Origin: Macrostomum hystrix
Taxonomy: Eukaryota; Animalia; Platyhelminthes
Direction: 5' to 3'
DNA: 64,000 nt
NCBI GenBank assembly: GCA_950097015.1
Contig: CATNEN010000032.1
Coordinates: forward strand, 434,001 to 498,000
Below, piece by piece: positions 46,301-56,237 of this stretch. Within the stretch, counting starts at the first letter, position 1. Each line of letters opens with the position of its first letter. The notes below the pieces were generated by a model. It saw only the letters and a list, made by a program, of their open reading frames with translations. It was not told the DNA's origin and searched no databases. A program made the position numbers and the translations under genes.

Positions 46301-48146
46301 AGTTCCTGAAGAATTTAATCCTATTGAGAGTGAGGATATGCTGCAAGCAACAAGTAGCAAGTGCGAGAAGTTATTGACCGATTTCTTACCCAGCCCATTG
46401 AAACGAGAGCAAATTATTGCGTCACAAAGAGATGACCCAGTAATTAAAGTGCTAATTGAATGGAAGAAATCAGGAGAGAACAATCCCCAGTTACCTGAAA
46501 TTGTCAGCCCAGAATTGAAGAAGATGAGGAAATTCTTTGAGGATATGAAGGTAGAGAATGAGATGCTAATCATTAGCGAAGATGACAGTTGGAAAGTTGT
46601 ACTGCCCCAGTCCTTGGATAAGCTAGTTCTCAGCGATCTGCATGATAGCCCACTAGCAGGACATTTGGGACGCGATAAAACAATTCAACGTGTCAGGCAG
46701 AGATTTTGGAGACCAGGATTGGTCAAAGCAGTGGAAGCTCATATCGCAGAGTGTATTCCGTGCCTGGAAAGCAAGAGAGGAAACCCGATTCAGGCGCCAG
46801 TGCAATCGTTCCCTATTAGTGAACCTTTCCATCGCCTGCATGTCGATTTTATAGGACCACTATCCAAAGAGAGCAAAAGAGGGCACAAGTATGTCCTAAC
46901 TATTGTGGATAGCACCACTCGATATCCGTTTGCATTCCCAACTAGAAATCAAAAGTCAGATACTGTGATCAAAATCTTACAGGAAAGAATCTTCGCAGAG
47001 TATGGGCAATGTCAGTGGTTACACACAGACAATGGCAAGGCATTCGCTAGCAAGCAGTTCAAAGCTTTTTGCGAAATGTATAACGTGAAGCATACGTTTA
47101 CAACACCCTACCATGCCCAAAGCAATGGATTGGTGGAGAGATTTAACAAGCAAATTAAATCAATAGTAACCTGTCTCATTGAGAAAGATCACAGTGATTG
47201 GGACCTTATGATCCCAGCTGCATTAGTTGCTGTCCGCACTAGTGTGAACAAAACCACAGGCTTTACTCCCCACTACCTGTTATTTGGACGGGAAGCAGTA
47301 TTGCCTATGGACAGTCAAATCAGCCAACCAAAGTCATTCGCCAGTTATCCATCTTACGTGACAGAACATGCCGAACGATTGAAGATTGCGAGAGACATTG
47401 TCAGAAGAAAGATGGAGAAGGTTGTCAGTAACAGACAAGAGTCTGCGAAAAACAGCAAATTGCCTAAGACAGTCCCAGTTGGAAGTCTTGTGTTGATTAA
47501 TAATCCACAGTTGGACAGCGAGGAGTCGCACAAATTTCATAGGAAAAAGAGATCAGCCTTCAGAGTAATAGAGCAAATATCAGAGGTAGTATTTCGAGTG
47601 CAAAAAGAGGAGCAAGGACAGTTAGTAGGCAATATCATGATTGTCCATAGAGACAACATAACTATTGTGCCTAATTCAACCCAAGAGGAATTAATTAGGG
47701 GAAGCCAGGCCGCACCAGAGAAGAAAGCTAAGAAGACAGAGGTCAAAGTTAGGGGAAGCCAGCCGAAGGAGAAGGGAAGAGTTGTTCTAACAGAGGAAGA
47801 TGAATCCGAAGAGGAAGAAGACAGATTAGAATGGCAATGTCATTTTAGAGAAAACCCAAGTGAAATTAATGGAGAAGATTTGGAACTAGGAGCTGAGATA
47901 GAAGTGGAGGATGAATCACACACCGAGCCTGAGGCTACGAGCAGTGAAGAGGAGAGCGAAAGCGAAGGGACAGCTGAGGGTCTGGCGACAGCCACCTCAG
48001 AAGGAGGCATGTACATTGCACAGAATGAAGAAAGGGAAGGAGGGACAAGCCGTCCGCGCAGACAAATCAGACCCCCCGCGAGGTTTGAAGGCTATTTGCA
48101 GAGGCTTGCCACCGTGTTCAGTATAATAGGGAATTTACAGATCTAG
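43383..48146 (+). CDS. pol: Pol polyprotein of element B (PR-RT-RH-IN), uninterrupted
   Basis: ILDTGA, LDLNSGYWQV, YIDDI, LDTDAS, TDHKA, H-x6-H...CIPC, VDFIGP, HTDNG, NGLVERFN; acidic C-terminal tail ending RPRRQIRPPARFEGY. Confidence 0.96.
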   Translation, partial: GKLNIEGRESRPRPSSKPRFESQASKNRRYPAQSSRLCNAQKQPKYRVSAPFASAPFASAPSASAPIALAPSASAPIASAPSASAPIASAPSASAPIALAPAASVSATIASAPCMSTLEEPASEVSAPRSAAATSGKYSRTRENKRKVFVSNSKLELIKPEGFEAVIVGKFKNQEINFILDTGARNSFLSKSIWSKLLKPEQIRSTDKRVSTFDGTRVQLEGESCIPVRFGDIQIEIEFLLCGHESDNILGMEFFLGHCDSIHLAKGMLILNEGASIPMQFTHLPVKVCRVYTQEKVVIPANSALRIPVRLARDAECNFGTPMTVSMIGEGVKAKELTVEMAPTLVTMREGSAIVEIVNNNSVEVKLSKSTLVGLAKPVKASELKYFEAEKEVVSQPTGRVNQTQTVEDAWIHEVKIGQDLTDDQRKSVIELMKEHREAFSQNELDMGLTHLITHEISLKDETPVRIPTRRIPPHLQKQVDTQLDDMLAKNLIRPSYSTYSTPLVIVPKKDGSIRIVSDFRVLNSKVNYVPYPLPNIHQTFTYLSGSQYFSSLDLNSGYWQVPIKEEHKFMTAFSTLTRGQFEYEVMAQGLSNAPGTFQRLMNLVLLGIQHQFAMSYIDDIVTYSKNFNDHLSHLKEVFKRLIIAGLKLRPKKCNLFHRELKYLGHVISTEGIRTDETKIEAIKTWPKPKDVKELRSFLGLCNYYSRFIKNYAEAAHPLFQLTRKGIKNFQERWSKEHDEAFESLKNRMMSTEVLAYPEFVDDEKVKMVLDTDASDSRIGAVLSQIQSDGIERPIAYFSRAMKESEKRYPITRKELLALVDAMRHFRFYLLGKKFLARTDHKAIIWLLRQTEAQGILGRWVERLNEFLFDIEHRSGAKNQNADSLSRRPADVPEAEQVVEPIVQSCSVMEESEQEVKANDSLYSLTQPQTALSEGEKKTLDPNSRIQSTISGQGEVRIPSELEHDSSIPLPSPVPEEFNPIESEDMLQATSSKCEKLLTDFLPSPLKREQIIASQRDDPVIKVLIEWKKSGENNPQLPEIVSPELKKMRKFFEDMKVENEMLIISEDDSWKVVLPQSLDKLVLSDLHDSPLAGHLGRDKTIQRVRQRFWRPGLVKAVEAHIAECIPCLESKRGNPIQAPVQSFPISEPFHRLHVDFIGPLSKESKRGHKYVLTIVDSTTRYPFAFPTRNQKSDTVIKILQERIFAEYGQCQWLHTDNGKAFASKQFKAFCEMYNVKHTFTTPYHAQSNGLVERFNKQIKSIVTCLIEKDHSDWDLMIPAALVAVRTSVNKTTGFTPHYLLFGREAVLPMDSQISQPKSFASYPSYVTEHAERLKIARDIVRRKMEKVVSNRQESAKNSKLPKTVPVGSLVLINNPQLDSEESHKFHRKKRSAFRVIEQISEVVFRVQKEEQGQLVGNIMIVHRDNITIVPNSTQEELIRGSQAAPEKKAKKTEVKVRGSQPKEKGRVVLTEEDESEEEEDRLEWQCHFRENPSEINGEDLELGAEIEVEDESHTEPEATSSEEESESEGTAEGLATATSEGGMYIAQNEEREGGTSRPRRQIRPPARFEGYLQRLATVFSIIGNLQI

Positions 48147-48149
48147 GCA

Positions 48150-48350
48150 GAGATTGGGGTGACGCAATAGTAACACAAGGAAACCACGTGCAAGGGATAG
48201 AAAGGGAGTAGGGGTTAGCCACTTCCAGTCAATTAGGTAGGGGTTAATTGAAATCAAGTAGGGAACCAATAGGATTAGAAATAAGCCAGTATAGCCCAAT
48301 GAAATCTGAGACACAATGAAGAGTGTCAGTTTCGCGCCTATATAAACCAG
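48150..48350 (+). promoter_or_regulatory. Putative internal Pol II promoter for ORF3
   Basis: TGACGCAA near 48161, CACGTG near 48185, CCAAT at 48266 and 48296, TATATAAA at 48339-48346 (about 64 nt before the ATG at 48410). Confidence 0.55.
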
Positions 48351-48409
48351 AGCCCTGGGAACACAAAACAAACATAAGCAGAGAGAAGAAGTCATACTGA
48401 CAAAGAAGA

Positions 48410-49582
48410 ATGGAGCAAGATCAAGAAGCCATAAGCGCAAGCGAATTTGAGAAGTTGCTAGAAGCAGTTACAGTGGATTTCTCGGATAATGAGAACATTG
48501 AGCCAGACAGAGTAGAGCAAGAGAACGGAGCCGGAAATGGCGAAGACGATATCATCCAAGCAATAATTGACGAACCAGAAGGACTCGAGGCGCCACTACG
48601 GCAAAGAACGCAGCCATCCATGGTCGGTCAACAACCGAGAGTGAACACCCAAAAGCGAGCCGCCACCACTATGCAAGATGAGACCGCGAACAAGAAGAGA
48701 TTGCCGAGCTCTAGGCTACCGGTGTACCTCGACGCCACCACGCGGTTGAATCTGCTCCAGCAGCAGTCGATAGCACCGGTGGCAGCAATGGAAGCTGTTC
48801 AAGCTAAGCCATCTGAAGCCGCCAGGGTCACCAAGGCAATTGAAGCTCCAAGCCAGGAACCAGGTCGGCGTGCTGCCGGACGACGATGGATAGCGCCGAA
48901 GCCGAGCCCTCAACCACGGCCACCGCCTAAGGGACGGCATATAGCGCCAAAGGCTATCAAGGTACCGATCCAGTATCAGTACCGGACGGATTTTCAGCAA
49001 CAGCCGCAGTCATCGCAGCCACAGTCGTCGCAGCAGCAGCAGCCGCAGCCACAGCCACAGCCACCGCCACAGCCATCACGGAAGCAGCCCCAGCCGCAGC
49101 AATCGCAGCAGCCGCAGCCGCCGCAGCAGCAGCAGCCGTTGCAGCAAGAGCGGCAGTTCCAGCAGTCGCCTCAGCCGCAGCCGAACTCGGATACGGAAGA
49201 AGACATCGAAATGGAGCCTGCGGAGAGCCAAGAAGAATTCGCCCGAGCGATGGCTGAAATTCCGAAGGCCCAACATGAACACTACACGCGGCTAATTCGT
49301 CACATGAAAGGATATGTCCTGGACGCCGGGTTGTACAATAATGACCGGCGGTACCCACAGCGCGCCGCAATTTATTCTGCTATGCGGGTACTGTGCGACA
49401 AATTCGCCAGAGGATACTGCATTACCGCCTGGAAGAGGGCCGTGCATTATGCTAGGAGAGTAATCAACCGCAGCCCCTTACCGGTGAATCGCATCCCCCT
49501 CAACATTGAGTTGAGGTGGATGGCGAGCACAGTCGGTTGGCCCCGCAACGAAAGACTGCCTAACGAGTGCTATTTCTCTTAA
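48410..49582 (+). CDS. Element B ORF3, 390-aa accessory protein of unknown function (not env-like)
   Basis: ATG in an AGAATGG context; acidic N-terminus, basic patch NKKR, Gln/Pro tract, about 115-aa C-terminal domain of globular-like composition; no signal peptide or TM segment seen. Confidence 0.8.
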   Translation: MEQDQEAISASEFEKLLEAVTVDFSDNENIEPDRVEQENGAGNGEDDIIQAIIDEPEGLEAPLRQRTQPSMVGQQPRVNTQKRAATTMQDETANKKRLPSSRLPVYLDATTRLNLLQQQSIAPVAAMEAVQAKPSEAARVTKAIEAPSQEPGRRAAGRRWIAPKPSPQPRPPPKGRHIAPKAIKVPIQYQYRTDFQQQPQSSQPQSSQQQQPQPQPQPPPQPSRKQPQPQQSQQPQPPQQQQPLQQERQFQQSPQPQPNSDTEEDIEMEPAESQEEFARAMAEIPKAQHEHYTRLIRHMKGYVLDAGLYNNDRRYPQRAAIYSAMRVLCDKFARGYCITAWKRAVHYARRVINRSPLPVNRIPLNIELRWMASTVGWPRNERLPNECYFS

Positions 49583-49745
49583 AAGGACAATTTAACCGTT
49601 TTATTTTTGCTTTTTGTCACGCGTTGTGTGCCTGATATTTGTACTTTCTACTTTTTTAAATTTTGTCACGCGTTGTGTGCCTGATATTTGTACTTTCTAC
49701 TTTTTATAAATTTTGTCACGCGTTTTACTTATTCAAAAATTTATA

Positions 49746-49758
49746 TAGGGGAAGCCAG
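49746..49758 (+). other. Polypurine tract (PPT) of element B
   Basis: TAGGGGAAGCCAG lies 1 nt before the TG of the 3' LTR. Confidence 0.7.
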
Positions 49759-49759
49759 T

Positions 49760-50497
49760 TGAGGCAGGCCCAAATTTATCGTATATTGCTAACTTGAATT
49801 ACCGCCAAATGTTTTCCTCGATCTTTTTGTCTTTGTTTTACTATGCTTTGTCATCCACCTCAATTCTTAGTATAAATACAAGCGCATTTTAGCCCTCGAA
49901 AACTTAACCGGTGCCTCGCGCCCAGTTCTAAGCTGAATAAAGGAGAGTAAAGTTTCAAAGTGTTCAAAGAGTTCTTATTTAGAGAGAGGGAGGAAAAGCA
50001 GGTCCGTGTTCATACACAAGCCAGGAATATTCGAAGGAATAAAGAAGGAGATATTGATCAAAAGCAGAATAGTGTTAAAACTAAAGGAACAGAGGGTAAA
50101 CTCCCAGATTGGTGACTGGCACTGTGTGCAAAGTTGGACAACTCCAGTCCATTGGAAGCCTTGAAGACTGGGAAACCAGAAAGCCAGATAATTGAGAGTA
50201 AGTAACGGGAGAAAGAAAGTGTCTTGCCGCTCGGACACTATCGAGAACGCTACCATATTGGGAAAAGAAAGCAGCCTATCTGGTTAAGCTTAAAGCAATA
50301 TATGCATATGAATTAAAAGGAAATTTAATAGGTGAAATTGTAAGGACTGAGAAGGGTTGTAAAGAGAGCAAGTTTTAAATAATAATAAAGAAAAGAGAAG
50401 GGTCTATGACAACTTAGTGGCAGCTGTAAGATATTAGTAAGGAGCCCTACATCAATTTGGTGAAAGCAGTGGGAGTTAAGTAAGGAGCCCTACGACA
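49760..50497 (+). repeat. 3' LTR of element B
   Basis: Direct repeat of 41687-42424, followed by the TSD ATAC. Confidence 0.95.
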
Positions 50498-51867
50498 ATA
50501 CGTTCCTTTTAGCTAATATTAATATCTCGTCAACCTTTATTCTTATATTTCTTTTTTCGTGCTCAGAATTTTGAAGGAAAGTATTTAGAGAAAGAGAGAG
50601 ATCAAATGAATTTCCCCTTTATAGTTTGCTATTTTAATAGTTTTCTTTAAGTTGTTGAGCGGATCCTTTCCCCCCTGGATTTAGATTACTCTCAATGTAC
50701 TCTCTGTATGGACAGTTATCGTCCCCTCGGTGTTTCATATGAATCTGCAGTTTGGTATTAAGATGAATACTATAACTGACAGATCGCTTTATAATATTAG
50801 TAGCGACAGGACGGGCACTAAATTAGTTTTTGTGACAAATTGTCTCACAAATTATTGATAATATTATTAACTTTATGCTATGCTTCTTTCCCTTTATATA
50901 CGTATTTTAAATTTGTGCGAAATTATGTTTCTGTTTCTACAGAAGAAGTTTAGCTTCTACCCTTAATTTCTTAAGTTTTTAGATATTCGGCAAAAATTAA
51001 ATCGAATTCATTAGGAAAATGTTGTAGCTTGTTTACCTATCCTGCAGTGCCACGGCCATTGTTCGCTACTATTGTTAGCTGTTTTATTTAAGTCATATTC
51101 GGCATAGGTTCGCTTGGCCTCAATAGAATGTTTCGTCACAAATAGCCAACATTATGCTGGGATTACAAGTGGCCTTTCCGAGTAGTGCAGTTACATAAGC
51201 AAGAGATTTTTTATCATAGCGAGAATTTAGTAAAACAAATTTGGTGCGAATATAAAAAGATTTTTTACTACAATCACAAACACAATTTATATTGAGTGTG
51301 AACAAGTGTATACTTATACCTACATGTACATACGGAATGTTAAATTAATTCACTTGCGATAAGAAACATAATTGTTTGAAGTACCAAACAGATGATACAA
51401 GAGTAATGCATTTAATATATACTTGCAGTCATGAAAGCCTTATGTGCAAGGCTGCAATGTGCAAAACACTTGCGAATGACAGTAAAAATAGCATACCATT
51501 AAAAACATGTCATGTAATGTGAGAAATATCAAAGGGCTAGAAATAGAAATCTAGAAATCAGATTTGATTCTTTAATTAGATCCGCATTGTGTCAGCATTT
51601 TGCAGTATATTCGATGTTATTTCTGCAGATGATAAAAATTAATTTAATAGATTTGCAGTAGACTACGCGACTTAGTAGGCGTTTTTCGTAATTTTTTATT
51701 TTCAGATTTCAGACGACAAAGTGTTCCTTATTCTGATTAAATACAGTGACATACGGATTGTTGCATGACCTGCTGAATCAGCTCATCCGCCCATATTTTG
51801 TTCTCTGGTGTACACAGAAAAGTTTTTGCTAGCCATCAGTCAGCTGTGGCAATATCACAGGTTCAGT

Positions 51868-52519
51868 CTATTCCCTTTCGATGGCGGCCCCGCAAATGGT
51901 TAGCTGCTTGACCTCCTGCGCCTCCTGAACCAGGGCGCAGAAGCTGCAGAAGATCCAGCAGCAGGCGTCGCTAATCACAGAGCCGTCGATGCCCTGCGTG
52001 TGGCGAATTTTGCCGCGCAGGTAGGTGCCTACTAAACAAGGGAAAAAGATGCTGCACAGGCAGCATAGGCAACAGTTCTCGTTTACAGCCTCAGCATTCG
52101 TTCCCATCAAATAGAAGGGACAGAAGAAGGCCAATAGGCAGATTCCTGAAAATTGTGCGGTTTAAATTAGCGCCATTTTAGCCCATTGACAGATGAGCTT
52201 CTCATAAGCTCTTAATATTAAGGATGGACAGTAGAAAATCTACCTTTAACCCGAAAAAGGAAAAGTGGACCCATCATCCCTTCCTAATTAGGGAGAGTGG
52301 ACCCATCATGCCTTCTTAATTAGAGATAGTGGACCCATCATCCCTTCTTAATTAGAGATAGTGGACCCATCATCCCTTCTTAATTAGGTAGAGTGGACCC
52401 ACCATCCCTTCCTAATTAGGGAGAGTGAACTAATCTCCGTGCTTCAATCAAGCATAGCAAGGTGAGGGTGTCTCACCGCAGTCGTCGAAACAGCCAAAGA
52501 TGCTGTGCTGCCAATCCAT
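51868..52519 (-). CDS. PLAC8/cornifelin-family cysteine-rich protein, 106 aa
   Basis: complement(join(51868..52145,52477..52519)), phase 1. MDWQHSIFGCFDDCGICLLAFFCP...LRGKIRHTQGIDGSVISDACCWIFCSFCALVQEAQE is the PLAC8 pattern. Confidence 0.9.
52265..52428. repeat. 32-bp minisatellite, 5 copies, in the intron of the PLAC8-family gene
   Basis: Unit GTGGACCCATCATCCCTTCCTAATTAGGGAGA. Confidence 0.88.
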
Positions 52520-53164
52520 TTTTGATTTATTTTAGAATGCTGTGGAAGAGATCCGGTTATGTTTAGCTCATAGATCTTATAACTCAGTAAATATATGGCT
52601 ATACGAGTGGTATCTGTGGTTTTAGCTCTAGAAAGCGCGCACTTTTTAATTGAGCCTGCAGTTAATACCTTTAAGCTGCAGAAGTTTAAAGAAACAAAAG
52701 TTTAAGTTTTCTAAGATGTGTTTACGATTAACACGATTCCGCTTCTAAAAAGGAAGGCTTTGATGTAGAATAGTCGAGATAAGAGAGATAGGAGACAGAA
52801 ACGACGAAAATAAGTACACACAGGTACGCATCGTACAGATGCTCATACAGCTCGCTTTGATATTGATGTACATTTATTTCGAGTGCGACTGTGCGAAAAT
52901 GTAAAAAGGAAGACTGTTTCACAAATATTTCTAGACCATTCGCGTATGATGTTTACTCCTTAATTATGCCATTGTTAAGACGACGGGCCAATCAGCAACG
53001 GCAGTTAATATTAAACTTTCAAACAGGGGTGAGACTAAAAAATTTAAATACACTCGCTGAGATTTGTAAAAAATGAAGTGTCTGTGTTTGACCAACAACC
53101 GACTTAAAACTATAACTATCAAAGCCCAGGACTTTGAGCTTGGCATTTACAAACTAAGATAAAA

Positions 53165-56161
53165 ATGGAAGACGCAGAAATTGCTCCGGCATTGCTGAAA
53201 CAGAGAACATTTACGTCGATTGAAGACGCCTACGAAAGTGAGTGATCTACGAGAATAATCTAGAGTGATCTACGAGACTAATCTAGAGTGATCTACGAGA
53301 CTAATCTAGAGTGATCTACGAGACTAATCTAGAGTGATCTACGAGACTAATCTAGAGCGATCTACGAGACTAATCTAGAGCGATCTACGAGAATAATCTA
53401 GAGTGATCTACGAGACTAATCTAGAGCGATCTACGAGACTAATCTAGAGTGATCTAGGAGATTAATCTAGAGTGATCTACGAGACTAATCTAGAGTGATC
53501 TACGAGACTAATCTAGAGTGATCTACGAGACTAATCTAGAGTGATCTAGGAGATTAATCTAGAGTGATCTACGAGACTAATCTAGAGTGATCTACGAGAC
53601 TAATCTAGAGTGATCTACGAGACTAATCTAGAGTGATCTACCAGACTAATCTAGAGTGATCTACGAGACTAATCTAGAGTGATCAACGAGACTAATCTAG
53701 AGTGATCTACGAGACTAATCTAGAGTGATCTACGAGACTTTCAGGTGGATCCAGGAGACTAAAATCTGTCTATGAATGTCTAGAATTTCATTGAACCTAC
53801 AACCGCTTTTGAGTATTTTACGCATCAAATCAAACGAGTCAAAAGAAATAACGATTTCAAGTACTAATTACTCAGAGATACAGCAGCAGCAAGGCCAGAG
53901 TCTCCAGCAGGCCTACCTCCGCCACTGTGACAGGCTGAAGGCGGGTCTGTCCAGAGTGTGCCTGCTGCAGCTGGGTGACAGCCGAGTCCGGTTCTGCTTC
54001 TATTATCCGCAGGACAGGCAGGCGGCCGCTTTTCTCAAAGCGCTTCAGGTGAGACAGCTGCCGTGACACCTGCGTGTGATCTACCATTTATCTAACATCT
54101 ACCTACCATCTAACTACCATCTACCTACCATCTACCTACCATCTACCTACTATCTATTTACTATATATATACCATCTACCTGCCATCTATCGACCATCTA
54201 CCTACCATCTATCTATTTACTATCTAATTACCATATATCTACCATATATCTACCACCTATCGACCATATCTAATCTTCCATCTATCGACCATCTAATCTA
54301 CTATCTATCTACCATTTATCTATCATCAATCTACCATCTATCTACCATATATCTATCATTAATCTACCATCTATCTATCATATATCGACCATCTATCTAC
54401 CGTATATCTACCATCTATCTATCATCTATATACCATCTACTACAGTATTCCGGCTTTAAAATTCCAGTTAAACCGCAACCTGCTGGAGCTCAACCTCAAG
54501 GACAACGGCTTCGACTCCAAGGCAAAGCTGGCCCGTCTGGGCCGCCTGCTGGAGGACCACGGCTCCATCGCAAGTCTGGTGAGGCTTCTTCTGTCAGCTA
54601 AAAGTACAAAAACGGTCGGCAACTCACCCACCTCCTCCGCGCACCTCGCAGAATCTCAGCCGGAACCGTCTGGCTGGCGACGCCTTCGTTGCGCTGCACT
54701 CGGCGCTGAGCCTGCGGGGCGCCTCGCTAGTCAGCCTGAAACTCAGCCGCTGCGGCTTGACTGACAGCGAAGGAGCTCTTCTAGCCAGCTTTCTCACGGT
54801 ATGCTGGGACCAGACTAATTAAATTATTGAGCACAAAGCTGCTACTAGGGGTCAAGTGCTGGAGTTTAAGATTAATTTAATACTGAATTGTGAGTGGAAA
54901 TAGAATGGCAACAGAACTAGCTTGCGTAATGAAACAGAGATGCTTAAAAAACAATCAGTTTTATCTGGATCTGGGAGAATGGCAGAGCTTGAGGATCTGG
55001 GAGAATGGCAGAGCTTGAGGATCTGGGAGAATGGCAGAGCTGAGGATTTGGGAGAATGGCAGAGCTTGAGGATCTGGGAGAATGGCAGAGCTTGAGGATC
55101 TGGGAGAATGGCAGAGCTTGAGGATCTGGGAGAATGGCAGAGCTTGAGGATCTGGGAGAATGGCAGAGCTTGAGGATCTGGGAGAATGGCAGAGCTTGAG
55201 GATCTGGGAGAATGGCAGAGCTTGAGGATCTGGGAGAATGGCAGAGCTTGAGGATCTGGGAGAATGGCAGAGCTTGAGGATCTGGGAGAATGGCAGAGCT
55301 TGAGGATCTGGGAGAATGGCAGAGCTTGAGGATTTGGGAGAATGCCACGAAGAATGAGATTCTACGAGACCTGTTCCCCACCTGTTCTGTACCCAGTTCC
55401 TGTTCCCCATCTCGCAGACAGACAAACACCTGGAGCACCTGGACATCGGCGGTAACAGCCTCGGCCCGTTAACAGCCGCCGCCCTGGCCGCAGCCCTGAA
55501 GGTCAACGCCTACCTGATTGACCTGGACCTATCTTGGAATACTTTCAATAGCGTCTGCTTCGCCACCTTGGCCACTGGCTTAGCTGTGAGTAGCTTCTGT
55601 TGAGCGAGACTGCTCAATTCTAATTCCTGCTTTCACCAGCTCTGCATAGCCCCGACTGAATTGTCATCACGAAAGGCCAACTCCGAGCTGCGCCGCCTGA
55701 ACTGCAGCTGCAACGGCGCGGAAGACCGCGGACTGGCGGCCCTCCTGACCGCGGCAGCCGCCGAGACCAGCGGCCTGCGAGTGCTTGAGTTAGACAACTG
55801 CCGAGTCACTCACCTGAGCATGCCGGACCTGCTCAAGTTCATCGGAAGGCAGCCGCAGAGGCTGCACGCGATCAAGTTGAATAGGAATTTGTTTCGAGAG
55901 GCCGACCTGCTGCAGCTGCTGGCGGCGGCGGCCGCTGCTCAGCCCGAGTCGCAGCTAGCACTGCTGGAGATCAATGTGAGCTAGCACTTCGAAGGAAACT
56001 TTTATCCGGCTACTGGAATCACTCAAAATCGATTTTAAAACCCGCAGAATCTGCCTCGGAGCAAGGCCATCACAGAGGCCACCCCGACCGGACTGCGAGT
56101 CACCCTCCGGCTGGAGAAGGAGATCAAAGTGCGGATGGTCAACATGGACTCGCTGGTCTAG
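53165..56161 (+). CDS. Ribonuclease-inhibitor-like leucine-rich-repeat protein (LRRC74-like), about 361 aa, 7 exons
   Basis: join(53165..53237,53876..54048,54468..54578,54652..54798,55418..55585,55676..55975,56048..56161), all phases consistent. LRRs LLELNLKDNG, LVSLKLSRCG, LEHLDIGGNS, LIDLDLSWNT, LRVLELDNCR. Confidence 0.82.
53240..53737. repeat. 23-bp minisatellite (GAGTGATCTACGAGACTAATCTA)n filling intron 1 of the LRR gene
   Basis: About 21 units; the first overlaps the GTGAGT donor. Confidence 0.92.
54078..54440. repeat. Degenerate (ATCT/ATCTACC)n repeat in intron 2 of the LRR gene
   Basis: Direct reading. Confidence 0.8.
54966..55345. repeat. 26-bp minisatellite (GAGGATCTGGGAGAATGGCAGAGCTT)n in intron 4 of the LRR gene
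   Basis: About 14 units. Confidence 0.92.
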
Positions 56162-56237
56162 CCTTTAGGACGAAATGACTCTTGTTATTTACTGTTTAGT
56201 AGCTAGAGAGATAAAAATATTCTCTTCTTTGCGTGTT

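Larger units (their letters stand above)
41687..50497 (+). mobile_element. Ty3/Gypsy element B: full length (8811 bp), apparently intact, three ORFs
   Basis: 738-bp TG...CA LTRs with no differences seen by eye; 4-bp TSD ATAC (41683-41686, 50498-50501); PBS, gag, pol, ORF3 and PPT. Confidence 0.97.

Noticed and set aside
48410-49582. ORF3 as an env gene
   Set aside because: It has no signal peptide, TM anchor, fusion-peptide-like segment or Cys-rich ectodomain.
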